A stretch of 63,810 nucleotides of DNA, the filler included, from Octopus bimaculoides (taxonomy: Eukaryota): the NCBI RefSeq assembly GCF_001194135.2. It is 5 parts of 5 records of this genome, joined end to end, with 100 filler letters (N's around TTAATTAATTAA, not from the genome) between each part and the next. Parts side by side here need not be neighbours in the genome. Positions count along the whole stretch, not along the records: positions 1 to 24,301 come from NC_068988.1; 4 more parts are not named here. One strand, 5' to 3'. This document shows positions 1 through 13,552 of the stretch, in pieces. Position 1 is the stretch's first letter. Each line of letters begins with the position of its first letter. The position numbers and the translations under genes are program-made. The notes under the pieces are model-generated. The model ran no database searches and was not told where the DNA came from. It was given only the letters and a program-made list of their open reading frames with translations.

Positions 1-42
<42 letters not shown>

Positions 43-2769
43 GAATCCATGTGTATACCTTTATAAGTTTATAAATGCATATATATATGTGCGCATATGT
101 ATATATACATACACATGCATCCATATATGTGTGTGTGTTTATGTATGTATACATATATATTTCCTGCACGCATACACACATATATTCGTATACACACTTA
201 CAAACGTACACACGCAGATTCATCCAAATTATATTTTGTAGCACGTTTTGATAAAGTAACCATTAATGAGATGGTTCGGTATTATTTATATTTTAACTAG
301 TAGAAAATTCCATTTCCTTATGACTATTCTGGTTAAAGATCGTTATTTAGATAATGATAGATCAAGAATGAGATATGAGGCAGTTATGAAGATGTCTGAA
401 CATATTTACAATTCTACATTAACCAGCATCATGAAATATAGAAGAAAATATGTGTGAAATTTTATTTCAGATAGTTAATGGAATCTTTAAAAAAATACCA
501 AATTCTCAATGCATTGCATTTTGCTATCCACTCAATTACGTTAATCTCACTCTCCAAGAAAGCATACATTGATACAAGCATCTGTATAAAGCATATATTC
601 TGAAATGTCTCTGAAAACTGTTTGATAGAAATATACTGTATGAAAGTATTGTGAAATATTTAAATTCGTTAGAACGTAACAAAAATTGCTTTGTAATAAT
701 TATTCAGGCTTTTTAAGTTCTGTGTCTACACTCCTCTCAGGTCAACTTGTCATGTCATCGTTTTGTTGTCGATAAATAAAATTTCAGTGAAGTACTGGCA
801 TCGATGGTAACTTCTCTGGAAAGTATTGGTGTTAATTAGAAAATGACTTAAGTGGCATAATTATTTATGCTCTTCGCCTTTTCTCAGTAAATTTCAATGC
901 CATCCGTTGCTCTACTTTAACTCACAATTACAGATTCGTTCATATCGCAGAGAAAGGAATATGCAACCTATTGGTAATCAGTAATAACTGAATGCGATAT
1001 GTATTCATATCTGAACTACTACCAAATCATTTTGACTTTCTGAAATAAAAAAGAGAAAAAAAAAATACGATACTTTACCTTTCTCTACATCCTTACATTT
1101 CAATACATTATTTCTGTAGTTGACGCTGATCCATCTCTCCATGCCATATCTTCAAGACACGAGGATATCTATACATGCAAAGATTTGTTGGAGGCGATAG
1201 CTTTATGTCACTAGTAGCCTAAGAAAATAATATTATTTTCAATTGGGAAACTGAATGAATTGTATCTTCTTCCCAAGCTACGAGTTGACTTTGGCTGAAA
1301 TAACTTCTAAATCGATAGCATACTTTCATGCAAGTTTAATTATATCAAATCTATAAGGTAACTTTATGGAGACGACCTAATATCCAATGACATTTCAAAT
1401 GGACTTCGTGGAGCGAAACGATTTCTGTTCAGGATTTAAACAGGTTGCCTATTTAATTTCATCACCATGCACAAGTATAATTACAAATCGTCTTCAGTAT
1501 GCAACTAACTCATAAAATTGTCATGTTTTATAGCTGAATGAAATACCATATTTAAGCATATTACAGGATTACAATGGTCTTGAAGAGTTTCTATGTTCGC
1601 ACTGGAATATAGCCGCTCGTCTATGAACTGAAAACAAACAAAACAAAATATATTATTTGTGCCACATCTTGGTATAGTAAACAGCGTTAATTTAGAATGT
1701 CATTTGCAATGAAATGAATGAGAGGATTTAGTTTGTATAATATTTAAAGGTATTACAAAGTTTTGATATAACTGTCACAGTCCAGGATTAAACTTGAGTC
1801 ACTGTTAGAGATCACCCTTCTAATGACAATATTCACTGTGAGTTTTAAAGATAATTTGACTATTAAAGCAAGCAAAAGGATGATGTATGGACAAACTATT
1901 TTACAATATGAGTCAAAAATGAAGTGTGTTCGTAGTTGATCAATATACTAGAAATAGCTGTCACATCTGCCTTACATTACACGCCAGCGCTTTAAAAAGA
2001 TGAAGAGGGTTACATTATAAGATGCAATTCTAGAAACCTTAAAATACCACGAGATATTCGAGATAGTCATAGCTGGAATAACTTTGGTCCCACGTACCAT
2101 TCATAAGAGCTGACATAGAAATACACAACAAATGTACTAATATCAAGTTATAAAAATAATATGAAAAAGCTAAAGAAATTTTAGAGTGGCAGTTTGGTCA
2201 TATATATGTGTGAGAGTATGTGTATCCACTAAGAAAGATGTAATTCATAAAATTGCTACGGAAGCACCATTTTGATATTGTTCTTGTGGTTCTACATTAC
2301 AGGCGTCAAATTATGCTGAAAAGAGTGCAGGAGAATTCCATTTTCTCACATTACAAACTCTTTATAAATGCATCGACATTTTTTGTGTTTTCGAAAAAAA
2401 ACAAAAAGACCCCAGTTTCTCGATAGTTGTATGAAAATCTCCTTTGTAATACAAATAAATGCAACGATGGTATTGAGATTCTGTTTCTAAGGATAACTTC
2501 CTCTATCAAAATCTCATGCACATGCGCATACACAAATTTTTGTTTCACTGAATATATATGTCAGGATCAAATATTTTTTGGATAATGTTTCTGCATGTTT
2601 ACATTAAAAGTAAGAGCTCTCGTATCATAACAACAACAGAAACTAAAACTTAATGCACGGTTTCGAGCCTTGCAGCTTTTAGGGCCGATTATCTGATTTC
2701 CATAACATATAAGTATTGTAGATCACAACATTTCCCTTGAACAGGACATCAACTCATCACGGGTTTAAT

Positions 2770-2903
2770 TATTTGCGGCTGAGCAGACTGGAGTAATGTG
2801 AAATAAATTGCTTTCCTCATGAACGCAATGCAGCGACTGGTCCGGGATTTCAAAGCTCAATTTTGCGTGCAGCAACCAGACCACTAGGCCGCATGCTTTC
2901 ACC
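2770..2903 (-). mobile_element. SINE family C-like head, degraded
   Basis: GACTGGTCCGGGATTTCAAA...ACCAGACCACTAGGCCGCATGC resembles the reverse of the family C head. Confidence 0.5.
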
Positions 2904-3151
2904 ATAAATCTTGACTTCATCTTATAGCAAGTGCAATCTATTGTTATTGTAGAAATGGTTGTGATTGCGATATAGACACGGAGTACTAAACAGGATAAAG
3001 AGACATCAATTCAGTCAAACTTGGATGCCCTTTTCAAATACAGCCGACGCTATGGTTTTGTATGAACGTAACTGTTAAATAAAATTTGGTCGAAAGACTA
3101 ATTTACAATCAAGAACTTTCGTTTGCACAGCTGATTGAAACTATAAACATA

Positions 3152-3558
3152 GGTCCAGGTGTGACTCTGTGGTAAGAAGCTTGCTTCCCAACCACTTGAT
3201 TCCGGGTTCAATCCCACTGCGAGGCACCTTGGCCAAGTGGTTTATACTATAGACTTGGGCCTGCTAAAGCCTTTTGATTGGATTTGGTAGACGGGAACTG
3301 AAAAAAGCACGTCGTGTGTGTGTGTGTGTGTGTGTGTGGTTTTGTCTGCGTTTGTCCCCTAACCACTTGAAAGCCGGTGTTGTGAGTTTCCGTCCCATTA
3401 ACCTCGCGTTTCGGAAACAGATACCGATGGAATGGGTACCAGGCTTTTAAAAGAATAAACACTGGGGTCGATGCATTCGACTAAAAATTCTTCAAGGTGG
3501 TGCCCCAGCATGACCGCAGACTGATGACTGCAACAAGTAAAAGACAGAAAGAAAAAAA
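3152..3558 (+). mobile_element. SINE family A (tRNA-derived), full length, diverged
   Basis: Head TGTGGTAAGAAGCTTGCTTCCCAACC...CCGGGTTCAATCCC, internal (GT)n, 3' CCAGCATGACCGCAG...ACAAGTAAAAGA; homologous to other copies in the window. Confidence 0.85.
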
Positions 3559-4133
3559 CGATATTTAGATAGTACTCAGATGAAGTTATTTTGCGGATGC
3601 ACATTTCAGCATTCAATAATATTGTTTAGAAGGCACTAAATAAAATCATTCATAATAGAATGAAAGGAAAACTAGAACAGAACACGACTGGTCTCACCTT
3701 CTTAGATTTGGTTCCTTCATTCTCTGACAGGGGCGCTGTTATACGGTGAAATTAATTTCGTCTGCTTATGATGTGTTTTTAATGAAAACCATAGTAATTT
3801 ACATAAGTTGTCAAATGTTCTTACAAAATAAGAAGATTTTATTTAAAGACATTTTATCTAAACGATCAAACCCATTTAATAGTATACACGAAAATATGCA
3901 TTCATAAAGGAAAAAATACGTGTGAACCTTCTCTCCGGCATTCGCCATGATGGATCGCTGACCACTGCACATATATTTTTTCTCTCCTTGTTTCTTTCTG
4001 TGTTCCTTTCTCTTGAAGAGCCTCGGCTCGAAATGTTAAAGACTTTCTCTATTCCCGAGCGTTATACTAATACATCCATTTGTTGTTTACACCACCTGTC
4101 TTCGTCTGTTGTTTTTTCCCGAATTTTCTCATG

Positions 4134-4190
<57 letters not shown>

Positions 4191-4853
4191 ATATATANNN
4201 NNNNNNNNNNNNNNNNNNNNNNNNNNNNNNNNNNNNNNNNNNNNNNNNNNNNNNNNNNNNNNNNNNNNNNNNNNNNNNNNNNNNNNNNNNNNNNNNNNNN
4301 NNNNNNNNNNNNNNNNNNNNNNNNNNNNNNNNNNNNNNNNNNNNNNNNNNNNNNNNNNNNNNNNNNNNNNNNNNNNNNNNNNNNNNNNNNNNNNNNNNNN
4401 NNNNNNNNNNNNNNNNNNNNNNNNNNNNNNNNNNNNNNNNNNNNNNNNNNNNNNNNNNNNNNNNNNNNNNNNNNNNNNNNNNNNNNNNNNNNNNNNNNNN
4501 NNNNNNNNNNNNNNNNNNNNNNNNNNNNNNNNNNNNNNNNNNNNNNNNNNNNNNNNNNNNNNNNNNNNNNNNNNNNNNNNNNNNNNNNNNNNNNNNNNNN
4601 NNNNNNNNNNNNNNNNNNNNNNNNNNNNNNNNNNNNNNNNNNNNNNNNNNNNNNNNNNNNNNNNNNNNNNNNNNNNNNNNNNNNNNNNNNNNNNNNNNNN
4701 NNNNNNNNNNNNNNNNNNNNNNNNNNNNNNNNNNNNNNNNNNNNNNNNNNNNNNNNNNNNNNNNNNNNNNNNNNNNNNNNNNNNNNNNNNNNNNNNNNNN
4801 NNNNNNNNNNNNNNNNNNNNNNNNNNNNNNNNNNNNNNNNNNNNNNNNNNNNN

Positions 4854-4884
<31 letters not shown>

Positions 4885-6648
4885 TAAATAGATGGATAGA
4901 TAAATAGATATATGCGAATGTTTGTTTTAAGTTCTGTTACATTAATGAGACGGGTTCTTCTATACTGTTGTAGAGTACAAATTTATTTTTGCTAGAGAAG
5001 AATATTATTGGCTGTGACTTCCAACTTACCGCCAGTTAAGCCATCGACGGACTGCTTAAGTTGCTGAAATTTCGAAGTCACTGTCAATAATATTCTTGTT
5101 TAAGAATTAAATATATAAACACACATTCGTATCCACACATTCAGACAAATCGAAATACTTGTCAGAATTTACTGTCTTCCGTGAGAATGAAAAAATACGG
5201 AATCAGTGGATAGCAATACTCGAAGAAAACGAGCAGATCATTCTAAATAATGAAACTTTTACTTCTGACATAAACTGAACGATTTTAGGAAGAAATATAT
5301 TTGCGTTTAATTTTCCTCTACGAAGCATAATCGGCACTCTGTAGTGTTGTTTTGAATTAATTAAATGCGTGCATTAATTGGTGTATCTACAAATTATATA
5401 AAATCAGCAAATTTGTTATACTGTAGAAAGAGACAAGTAACGACACCTCTAAAAAGACACAAACACAGAAAACGGCAGCAGGATAAACGTAGAGAAGCAC
5501 ACATGTAACCAAATATATACTATATATATATATATATNNNNNNNNNNNNNNNNNNNNNNNNNNNNNNNNNNNNNNNNNNNNNNNNNNNNNNNNNNNNNNN
5601 NNNNNNNNNNNNNNNNNNNNNNNNNNNNNNNNNNNNNNNNNNNNNNNNNNNNNNNNNNNNNNNNNNNNNNNNNNNNNNNNNNNNNNNNNNNNNNNNNNNN
5701 NNNNNNNNNNNNNNNNNNNNNNNNNNNNNNNNNNNNNNNNNNNNNNNNNNNNNNNNNNNNNNNNNNNNATACACACACACATATAACTACATATGTGAGA
5801 ATACATGCAATATACAGCATATATAAACACACACATGTACATCGAAGTACATATATACATGTAAATATACACACATGCATTCATATGTGAATACATGCAT
5901 GCTACCATAGATGTGTTTAGTGAAGAAGAAATTAAATCGCATAAGTTTACAAATATCATAAGCCAACTGTTCTAAAAAATAAACACTATATATAAGCAGA
6001 GGTTAAACTATTAATAATAAACAAAATCAAAAAAAAAAAGAAACTCGCTAAGAAATACGGTAAAATAATAAATGGAACTGCGGTAAAATAATAAATGTAT
6101 ACTTACCTGAATGTTTTTGCTACACACGCGCAAAATTGCACGTTTTAAGAGTAGTCGTGATCAACGGACGTACATTCAAGCAATATAAATGATAGAAATA
6201 ATTAAATAATACATTATGCTTAATATTTTCTGTATTTTCTTAATATTTTATTCGTTGAATTCATATTCATACTCTTATTTTTCGATATTTTAATTTTTTT
6301 TAAAGCAAAATGTTTCTTTACAAAATAAGATCCAATCGAAAGAAGTTATAACAATATTAGTGAGGGCACGTACATAAATCATAACAAAATATAACAGTAT
6401 AAATATAATAAAATAGTACAAATTGTTTTATATCTTGTATGCGTATATGTATGTATGTATATATATATATATATAATGTATGTATGTGTATATATATGGA
6501 TATATATATATAGATATGTAAATGTAAATGCATATGAATGTGACATATATTTATGAATGTATGTAAATTTGTATATGAGCGTGTGCGTGTGAGTGTGTGC
6601 GTGCGTGTATAAAGTCTATTTTAAATTACCTACTTTGCTTTCCGCGTC

Positions 6649-7755
6649 TTAAATTGAAGCAGTTAAAAGTGTCATTGCATATAAGTATACTACTACTAGA
6701 CAACATATAATCCACATAGATGCAGTTGGTAATTGAGAGTTTCCACGCGTAAACATCTTATCCCTGTTATATGATCGAATGTTTTCTGCAAGAAGTCGAG
6801 CTAAGTTCGCGCCACAATGTTTGTACTGCTTATATATGCAATCTGCATATATTTCTACCGAATCCGATAAAGGTTTTTCTTTTTGCCAGTGTGAATAATA
6901 CAGCCTCTTCAGGCAAGTTTCTGTAATATCTTCTTGAACGAGATTGCAAGTTTTTGCTGGCAATTTCTTGAGATACTCACAGAGAATATGCCGGTCACGT
7001 GCAAACTTCACAGCTTTAAGGAGATAGTCAGATTTATTATCGTCTAAATCCGAGGAAGATAAGTTTCCAATTTCATCACGTATACATTCAATTGTTCTGC
7101 GAAAGTGAAAACGTGTACAGAAACCTCTGTAAACCCAATCTAATGTCGCGTGAACATCTACATGGGTAATCGGATAACATTTTAATTCAGGTCCATATAA
7201 TGGATACAACTGAAAATATTGATCCGATACAATACAAACGTTGCTTTTAGCCAAAAGTACGTATTTCGCCCAAATTATAGCAACGGCTTCACTGCAATTA
7301 TGTATCCTGTCATAGTAGCAGCGAGTATCGGGGACACACCAGGTATAAATATGCCAGTTAAAAATCTTCATACATTCCATTGAATTCCTCGCGCATGGCT
7401 TCTTGCCTTCATTCATACGGCGATACTGGTTACACAAATACTTGTTAGCTTCTTTCCAGCGTGCCATACTTGTGGAATTTCGCATTAAAGTGTCTAACGG
7501 ATGGTTGGACATTAAACTGTATTTTATTATACAATCAATGGTTAGGTTAAATGACGGTTTACAGACTGCTTCTTTTCTTTCTTCCTTAGCATTCTGCTCG
7601 TGACCTTTAAGTTTTCGCTTACGATCCAACAGCATACATTTCTGAATTTGCGACTGTTTGGGAACTTCAGTGCCGTATTGACCTCTAACAACTACGACCA
7701 GTGCGATGATTGCTAAAATATAACCCATGAACCAAGGGACGTTTACTTTCGTCAT
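6649..7755 (-). CDS. Intronless gene for a secreted Cys-rich, probably GPI-anchored surface protein (~368 aa), family unassigned
   Basis: Only long ORF in unique sequence (1.1 kb without a stop in AT-rich DNA). The track starts at GTG 7821; the first ATG is at 7755 (MTKVNVPWFMGYILAIIALVVVVRG|QYG, a signal peptide with V-x-G cleavage site), alternative ATG at 7728. 18 ectodomain Cys, N-glycosylation sequons (NLT, NST, NCS, NLS, NKS), and a C-terminal RGNS + spacer + hydrophobic tail WIICCLVVVYLYAMTLLTASI typical of a GPI signal. Stop TAA at 6649-6651. Confidence 0.85.
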   Translation of the reverse strand: MTKVNVPWFMGYILAIIALVVVVRGQYGTEVPKQSQIQKCMLLDRKRKLKGHEQNAKEERKEAVCKPSFNLTIDCIIKYSLMSNHPLDTLMRNSTSMARWKEANKYLCNQYRRMNEGKKPCARNSMECMKIFNWHIYTWCVPDTRCYYDRIHNCSEAVAIIWAKYVLLAKSNVCIVSDQYFQLYPLYGPELKCYPITHVDVHATLDWVYRGFCTRFHFRRTIECIRDEIGNLSSSDLDDNKSDYLLKAVKFARDRHILCEYLKKLPAKTCNLVQEDITETCLKRLYYSHWQKEKPLSDSVEIYADCIYKQYKHCGANLARLLAENIRSYNRDKMFTRGNSQLPTASMWIICCLVVVYLYAMTLLTASI

Positions 7756-8009
7756 CTTCACCCAAGGTGTAGTTCTACTATAACATATAACTTCAAGCAA
7801 CCCACTATTATAGTAACACACCCTTATATGTCTTTCTTTCTATTTCTTCGCCTTCCGCTTTCATTTAAGCAGTATTTTTATTAAAAAAAAAAAAAATTAC
7901 TGTTTTCTTTTCTTACGAATATTTCTAATCACATAAAACAACTACTGTTTTTGTGCTTTTTTCTTTCTTTTTTTTTCTACTTCTGGAACTTCTGTTGCGA
8001 CTGGCATTG

Positions 8010-8010
<1 letters not shown>

Positions 8011-8061
<51 letters not shown>

Positions 8062-8108
8062 CACTACCGCTACCACTACCACAACCACCACCACTGCTGC
8101 TGCTACTG

Positions 8109-8177
<69 letters not shown>

Positions 8178-8195
8178 TAATAACAACAACAACGA
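8011..8195. repeat. Compound (CTA/CCA/CTG)n microsatellite
   Basis: Direct inspection. Confidence 0.95.
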
Positions 8196-8689
8196 AAGAA
8201 GAAGATGATGATTTTCGTTGATGATTATAAACAAATTCGGTCTGTTACTTTAAATAACACGGCTGCTGATGATATTCACAGCTATACATTTCATCTAACT
8301 TCAGCAGTCCTAAACATACATACATATATACATACATACATACATATATGTGTGTGTATGTATATGTTCTTTTTACGTAAAAATACGTACATATATATAC
8401 ATATATCTACACACATACCTTTACATATACACTCATATTTGTGTGTAAATTTTGTAGCTTTAATTATTTTTCGTTATTTTTTTTTTCATTTTTGGTTTCT
8501 CCTTATAGTGGGGTTGTTATATACATGCATTTCTTACCAATATTTATATGAGACCGCTGAGGCTAATAAAGGGATGATTAATATAAGAGGTCTAAACTTA
8601 GAGACAGAATTAAATAATATTCTACTGTTTTTGCCATTCATCGGTGTTTATTTCTGTATAATACTGTAAAATGTGTTGGAAGCTGTAGT

Positions 8690-9125
8690 GACGTGTTTGC
8701 TCGTGAATTCTCCATTTTTTGTTTTCTCTCGTTTTTTATGTATACACCCGCTCCACTTGATTCCTCTTATAGTCAATCTTTACCGTGTGGAATCGATCCC
8801 CTGTAAAGTCTTCTGATTCTAAGACTGAATCGTTTGGAGCACTACAAAGAGTTTTCTATACTGAGATTCACTGGATCTCATCTGTGGATTATGTACCCTT
8901 TGCTCAGCTGAGCTCTGCCCTCATGTATAAGCAATTCTTGGACCGAACCACAAAGAATATCCCAATTCTGCCTAGAGATCTCTACATGGAACTTTTAATG
9001 CAGAAAACAAACGATTTCAATCTCTCTGCGAATTGGGTCTCTTAATATAAATATATTTGCACTTAAATGGTCATCGTCAGAATGTCTCCATCTTTTGCTT
9101 TCTCTCGTTTTTCGTGTATACATAA
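8690..9125 (-). mobile_element. Penelope-like element relic with direct terminal repeats
   Basis: Minus-strand QRVHNPQMRSSESQYRKLFV resembles PLE GIY-YIG C-termini; ~40-bp direct repeats at 8706-8745 and 9081-9121; decayed hammerhead-like CUGACGA...CAAAUAUAUU at 9080-9050. Confidence 0.45.
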
Positions 9126-12100
9126 ATACATATTTTGTGTTTCATACCCAAACTATTATATTATAATTCATAAATATAATTTATTTATCCGCATAATTGC
9201 CACTCTCTCTTTCTCTCCCTGCCTCTCTCTCCTTCTGTCTCCTTTTCTCTCTTTCTCTCTCTCGCTTTATATATATATATNNNNNNNNNNNNNNNNNNNN
9301 NNNNNNNNNNNNNNNNNNNNNNNNNNNNNNNNNNNNNNNNNNNNNNNNNNNNNNNNNNNNNNNNNNNNNNNNNNNNNNNNNNNNNNNNNNNNNNNNNNNN
9401 NNNNNNNNNNNNNNNNNNNNNNNNNNNNNNNNNNNNNNNNNNNNNNNNNNNNNNNNNNNNNNNNNNNNNNNNNNNNNNNNNNNNNNNNNNNNNNNNNNNN
9501 NNNNNNNNNNNNNNNNNNNNNNNNNNNNNNNNNNNNNNNNNNNNNNNNNNNNNNNNNNNNNNNNNNNNNNNNNNNNNNNNNNNNNNNNNNNNNNNNNNNN
9601 NNNNNNNNNNNNNNNNNNNNNNNNNNNNNNNNNNNNNNNNNNNNNNNNNNNNNNNNNNNNNNNNNNNNNNNNNNNNNNNNNNNNNNNNNNNNNNNNNNNN
9701 NNNNNNNNNNNNNNNNNNNNNNNNNNNNNNNNNNNNNNNNNNNNNNNNNNNNNNNNNNNNNNNNNNNNNNNNNNNNNNNNNNNNNNNNNNNNNNNNNNNN
9801 NNNNNNNNNNNNNNNNNNNNNNNNNNNNNNNNNNNNNNNNNNNNNNNNNNNNNNNNNNNNNNNNNNNNNNNNNNNNNNNNNNNNNNNNNNNNNNNNNNNN
9901 NNNNNNNNNNNNNNNNNNNNNNNNNNNNNNNNNNNNNNNNNNNNNNNNNNNNNNNNNNNNNNNNNNNNNNNNNNNNNNNNNNNNNNNNNNNNNNNNNNNN
10001 NNNNNNNNNNNNNNNCCTGTCGTATACGTCGGTTTTGTTCTTCCGCTTTAAAAGTAAAAGATTCTAATAGAAGCAAACACGGTATTGAATAATTCTCCGC
10101 CATACGTCTACGATCTTTCTTTTTAAGTAAAGATAAACACTTTTTAATTGTAGTAATGAAACAAGGAGTTTCGTCCTTACCGCCAAAATTAATTTCTCTT
10201 GCAAAAGAGTGGGTAGCATTTTCTCTCTTTTTCAATATTTAATTAGGAGAGAAAATATTTTGTTAACAAAACCGTTAAAACTTTACTGACTTGACCGATC
10301 TGTCACTGAACCAGGATTTTAATTTCATTTGATACACATTTTGCTGCCATTTGTATGGTGAATTGCAAATACGGTATGTAAAGATAAGTTATTTTGATAG
10401 AATTGTTATGAGTACATTTCCGTAAATGTTTTTCTTGCGCACTAACCCCACCAAACATATACACACCTGCACATATACGCACGCGGATACACGTGGACGA
10501 AGTCCCATTTTGGAAACATGTTAAAAAGTTTTTATTATTTTGGAATGGAAAACACAAAACGTAGGTGCTGAGTCAATTACTAAACTTGTAGCATTTTGTT
10601 GGAATTAATTCAATCAATTGGTAGCAAGGTATATCAGAAGTACTTTTCTGTGTACGGTCCTGTCGCGCGCGCATTCACACCAACACTTTCACAGAGGGGT
10701 TTGTTGCTGATAAACATATTTGTGACTGAATAAAAGTTTGATAAATATTTACAATAACACCATATTCGCTAAATACTAACCCTAATTGTAACCATAAATT
10801 TGTTAACTTTAAGCCCTGCGCTAGACCCCTGCATCCCTTGCACACGCAAGGGGCCTCCGCGAAGAACTGGAATTACTATAATGTCAAACTTTAAATTGAT
10901 GTTACACACAGCTTATGTAATTTTAGGAAGAAAAAGAAACAGAATTGTTTCTCAATAACGAAAGGTCTTCACACGAACGCACGCCCGGTGAAAATTCTTC
11001 TTACGGTGATGTCATTCATTCATTCGGTCCTTTAAGCAATATACACTGTTGGATATCTTTCAATTTATCCGATAAACATTATAAATTTTGAAGTTCTATA
11101 TTCCCGTGATATAAGTTAGAGACACCGACATAAGTTATTCAAATAATTGTTTGTGGAATGGACCTACTAAAATTACGTAGAGTACACTCGATATTTCATA
11201 TTTAAATCCGATGTGACAATTTCTACTGGATAGGGATTAAAATATGTTATATCTTGATAAAATTCCAATATATATTTTGAATATTTTTGAAACAACTCAC
11301 TCTATTAACACTTCATGTCTCACATATAAATCCGATATGAGTATTTATTCTTGGATATGAATTGAAAAATACTATATGTTGTTATCTTATATTACCTATT
11401 TTTAATATTCTTGGTGCAACTCGATTTATTAACACTGGATATTTCTATTTTAAATCAAATGTCAGTAATTATACATGGATAGAGATTAAAGAGTATTGTA
11501 TGCTGATACCTAACTTTACATACAAACCGGCAAAAAGGAGAATGACGGAGGCAATTTGTGAACGTGGAATTAAATTGGCAGATGGAAAGAGGTCATAGAG
11601 AAGAAGGGCGACTATATTATCGATTAAATAAACCAGATGCTGTCTTTTTTATTGTTTCATTGGGTCTTAAAACATGGACAAAATTTTCATTGCCACCTGA
11701 TAGAACACAATGTCAAAAGGTCATGCAACGCTCCCGAAATTGCAGTAAGAACCACTGTTTACGTAATTAGCTCTTTGCTTCTCTTTAGGAAATTTACTTG
11801 AGTGTAGCTTCATCTCCTTTTAGAAAATTTACTCGAGTGTAACTCCACGTCGTACTCTTATTTTCATCCTGAAATCTTATTTTCATTGTCTGCCAGAAGA
11901 TTTGCATGAAATGAAATCCTATCTTCAAAAATTGTTCAGACACATCCCGCCACAAACCTCATTCACACTAGCCAGTATACAACGCTCTTCGGTGCAAAAT
12001 GTGGGTCGGTCTTTAAGAAAGACTCACCTCATTGTTGGCAAGATAGCTCACTAAAGTTAATATAGATTTCCTATTTTGACTACACGCCAGCAATAATGAT

Positions 12101-13423
12101 GTCATTTTCTCCTCTATCGAATGAATTACGTGTTTATAGCAAGCGAAAATATGAATGGCAACTGTATTTCCTTTTATTTATGTTAAGCTATCTATTAAAT
12201 CATTGAATTAATTTTGCAGACGATGAGATTTTCATCGTTGTTGTCATTCACGTAAGCAGTTGACTGTTAGGTATTCATTAAATGAGAAAGCGATCAAGCG
12301 ATATAGCTGAAAATATATATTCGCCGTCCTCCATATGCTAGGATGAGATACTTTGAAGACACACGGTACTTTGATGCATACTATATGTGCCTTCATATTA
12401 GTGTGTTCCCTTATTTTCCCTGTCACCGTTCCTTGTAATGAGAAGATTAGGTCTGAATGTAGAAGGAGCAAACGAGAGTGTTGAAAATTATCAGCGGAAG
12501 AATACAAGTGATAAGTGAATAAATGATAATAGAGTAAGATCGTTTGAGAGATAACTGATGAGCCCTAAGTTACACCCAATTTGGTAAGATAACGAGGAGA
12601 ATGCAAGGGTAAGGGGGACAAGGATGTGGACGACAGAAAATCGAGTAAGTCTGTGTGGGGGGTGTAGCATCAAGTACATATTTTATGATAGAACAATCAT
12701 GATAAAATATAAGCAATGGAATCTCACAGTTAAACGCGTTTATCTAAATAATTTCATATTGAGACACCCAGGAAATACTTCTGAGGTCACAGGCAAAGTA
12801 TTTTTATTGTACAGATATAATAATTGTGACTGGAGAAAGAGATTTAAGACACTTTACAAATATATCACACGCGACGTTGATGAAGAATTTCTTGATCAGC
12901 TGCCGAGAAAAACGAATGCGATAGCGTGTGTAAACGTTGTAATGGTGTTGCTCAAAGCTATCTGGAAACTGATGTGTCGTTTGAGAATTAATGATGCTGA
13001 AATTGTGTTCTCGTGCACGAATAAACATCTTGAACAGCAAATGATTGCTTAATTCAGTGAATACTTGAACGGTTTGGAAGATAACAGAATAACAATAGCC
13101 TCATTTGATAACGATGTAAACGTGGTGGAGTGATAATGAACAACAGCTTGCGGAAATAATTTCATTTCACGTCTTATTCTCATCCGTGTACCGACGTTCC
13201 GAGTTCAAAAACTGAAAGGTTTGCGTTCAACTTGTCTTCCTTCATGTTCACTGATAGAAGAAAAATAATTGGGCGCAAGTTAAGTGTGATCACGTCAAAT
13301 GTGACAATTCTGTACAAAATTGGCACTTGAGGGAAAAAACTGGATAACAAAATGATTCACTCGGAAAAAATAAATTTATCCCCTTCTCTCGGAAAAAAAT
13401 TTCCCGAATCCTGAGCAACATCT

Positions 13424-13552
13424 TTCTTCTTCTTCTTCTTCTTCTTCTTCTTCTTCTTCTTCTTCTTCTTCTTCTTCTTCTCCTCCTCCTCCTCCTCCTC
13501 CTCCTTCTTCTTCTTCTTCTTCTTCTTCTTCTTCTTCTTCTTCTTCTTCTTC
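13424..13552. repeat. (TTC)n/(CTC)n microsatellite
   Basis: Direct inspection. Confidence 0.95.

Noticed and set aside
1150-1500. RFVGGDSFM as a protease activation site or a Tc1 GGGSVM motif
   Set aside because: Followed by stops and too degraded to support either call.
3521-3527. CTGATGA heptamers here and at 41958-41964
   Set aside because: No stem II and GAAA at suitable spacing; chance matches within SINE bodies.
4012-4043. Hammerhead-like TTGAAGAGCCTCGGCTCGAAATGTTA
   Set aside because: C3 is missing, stem II pairs only by consuming G8/A9, and no stem I forms; at most a decayed relic.
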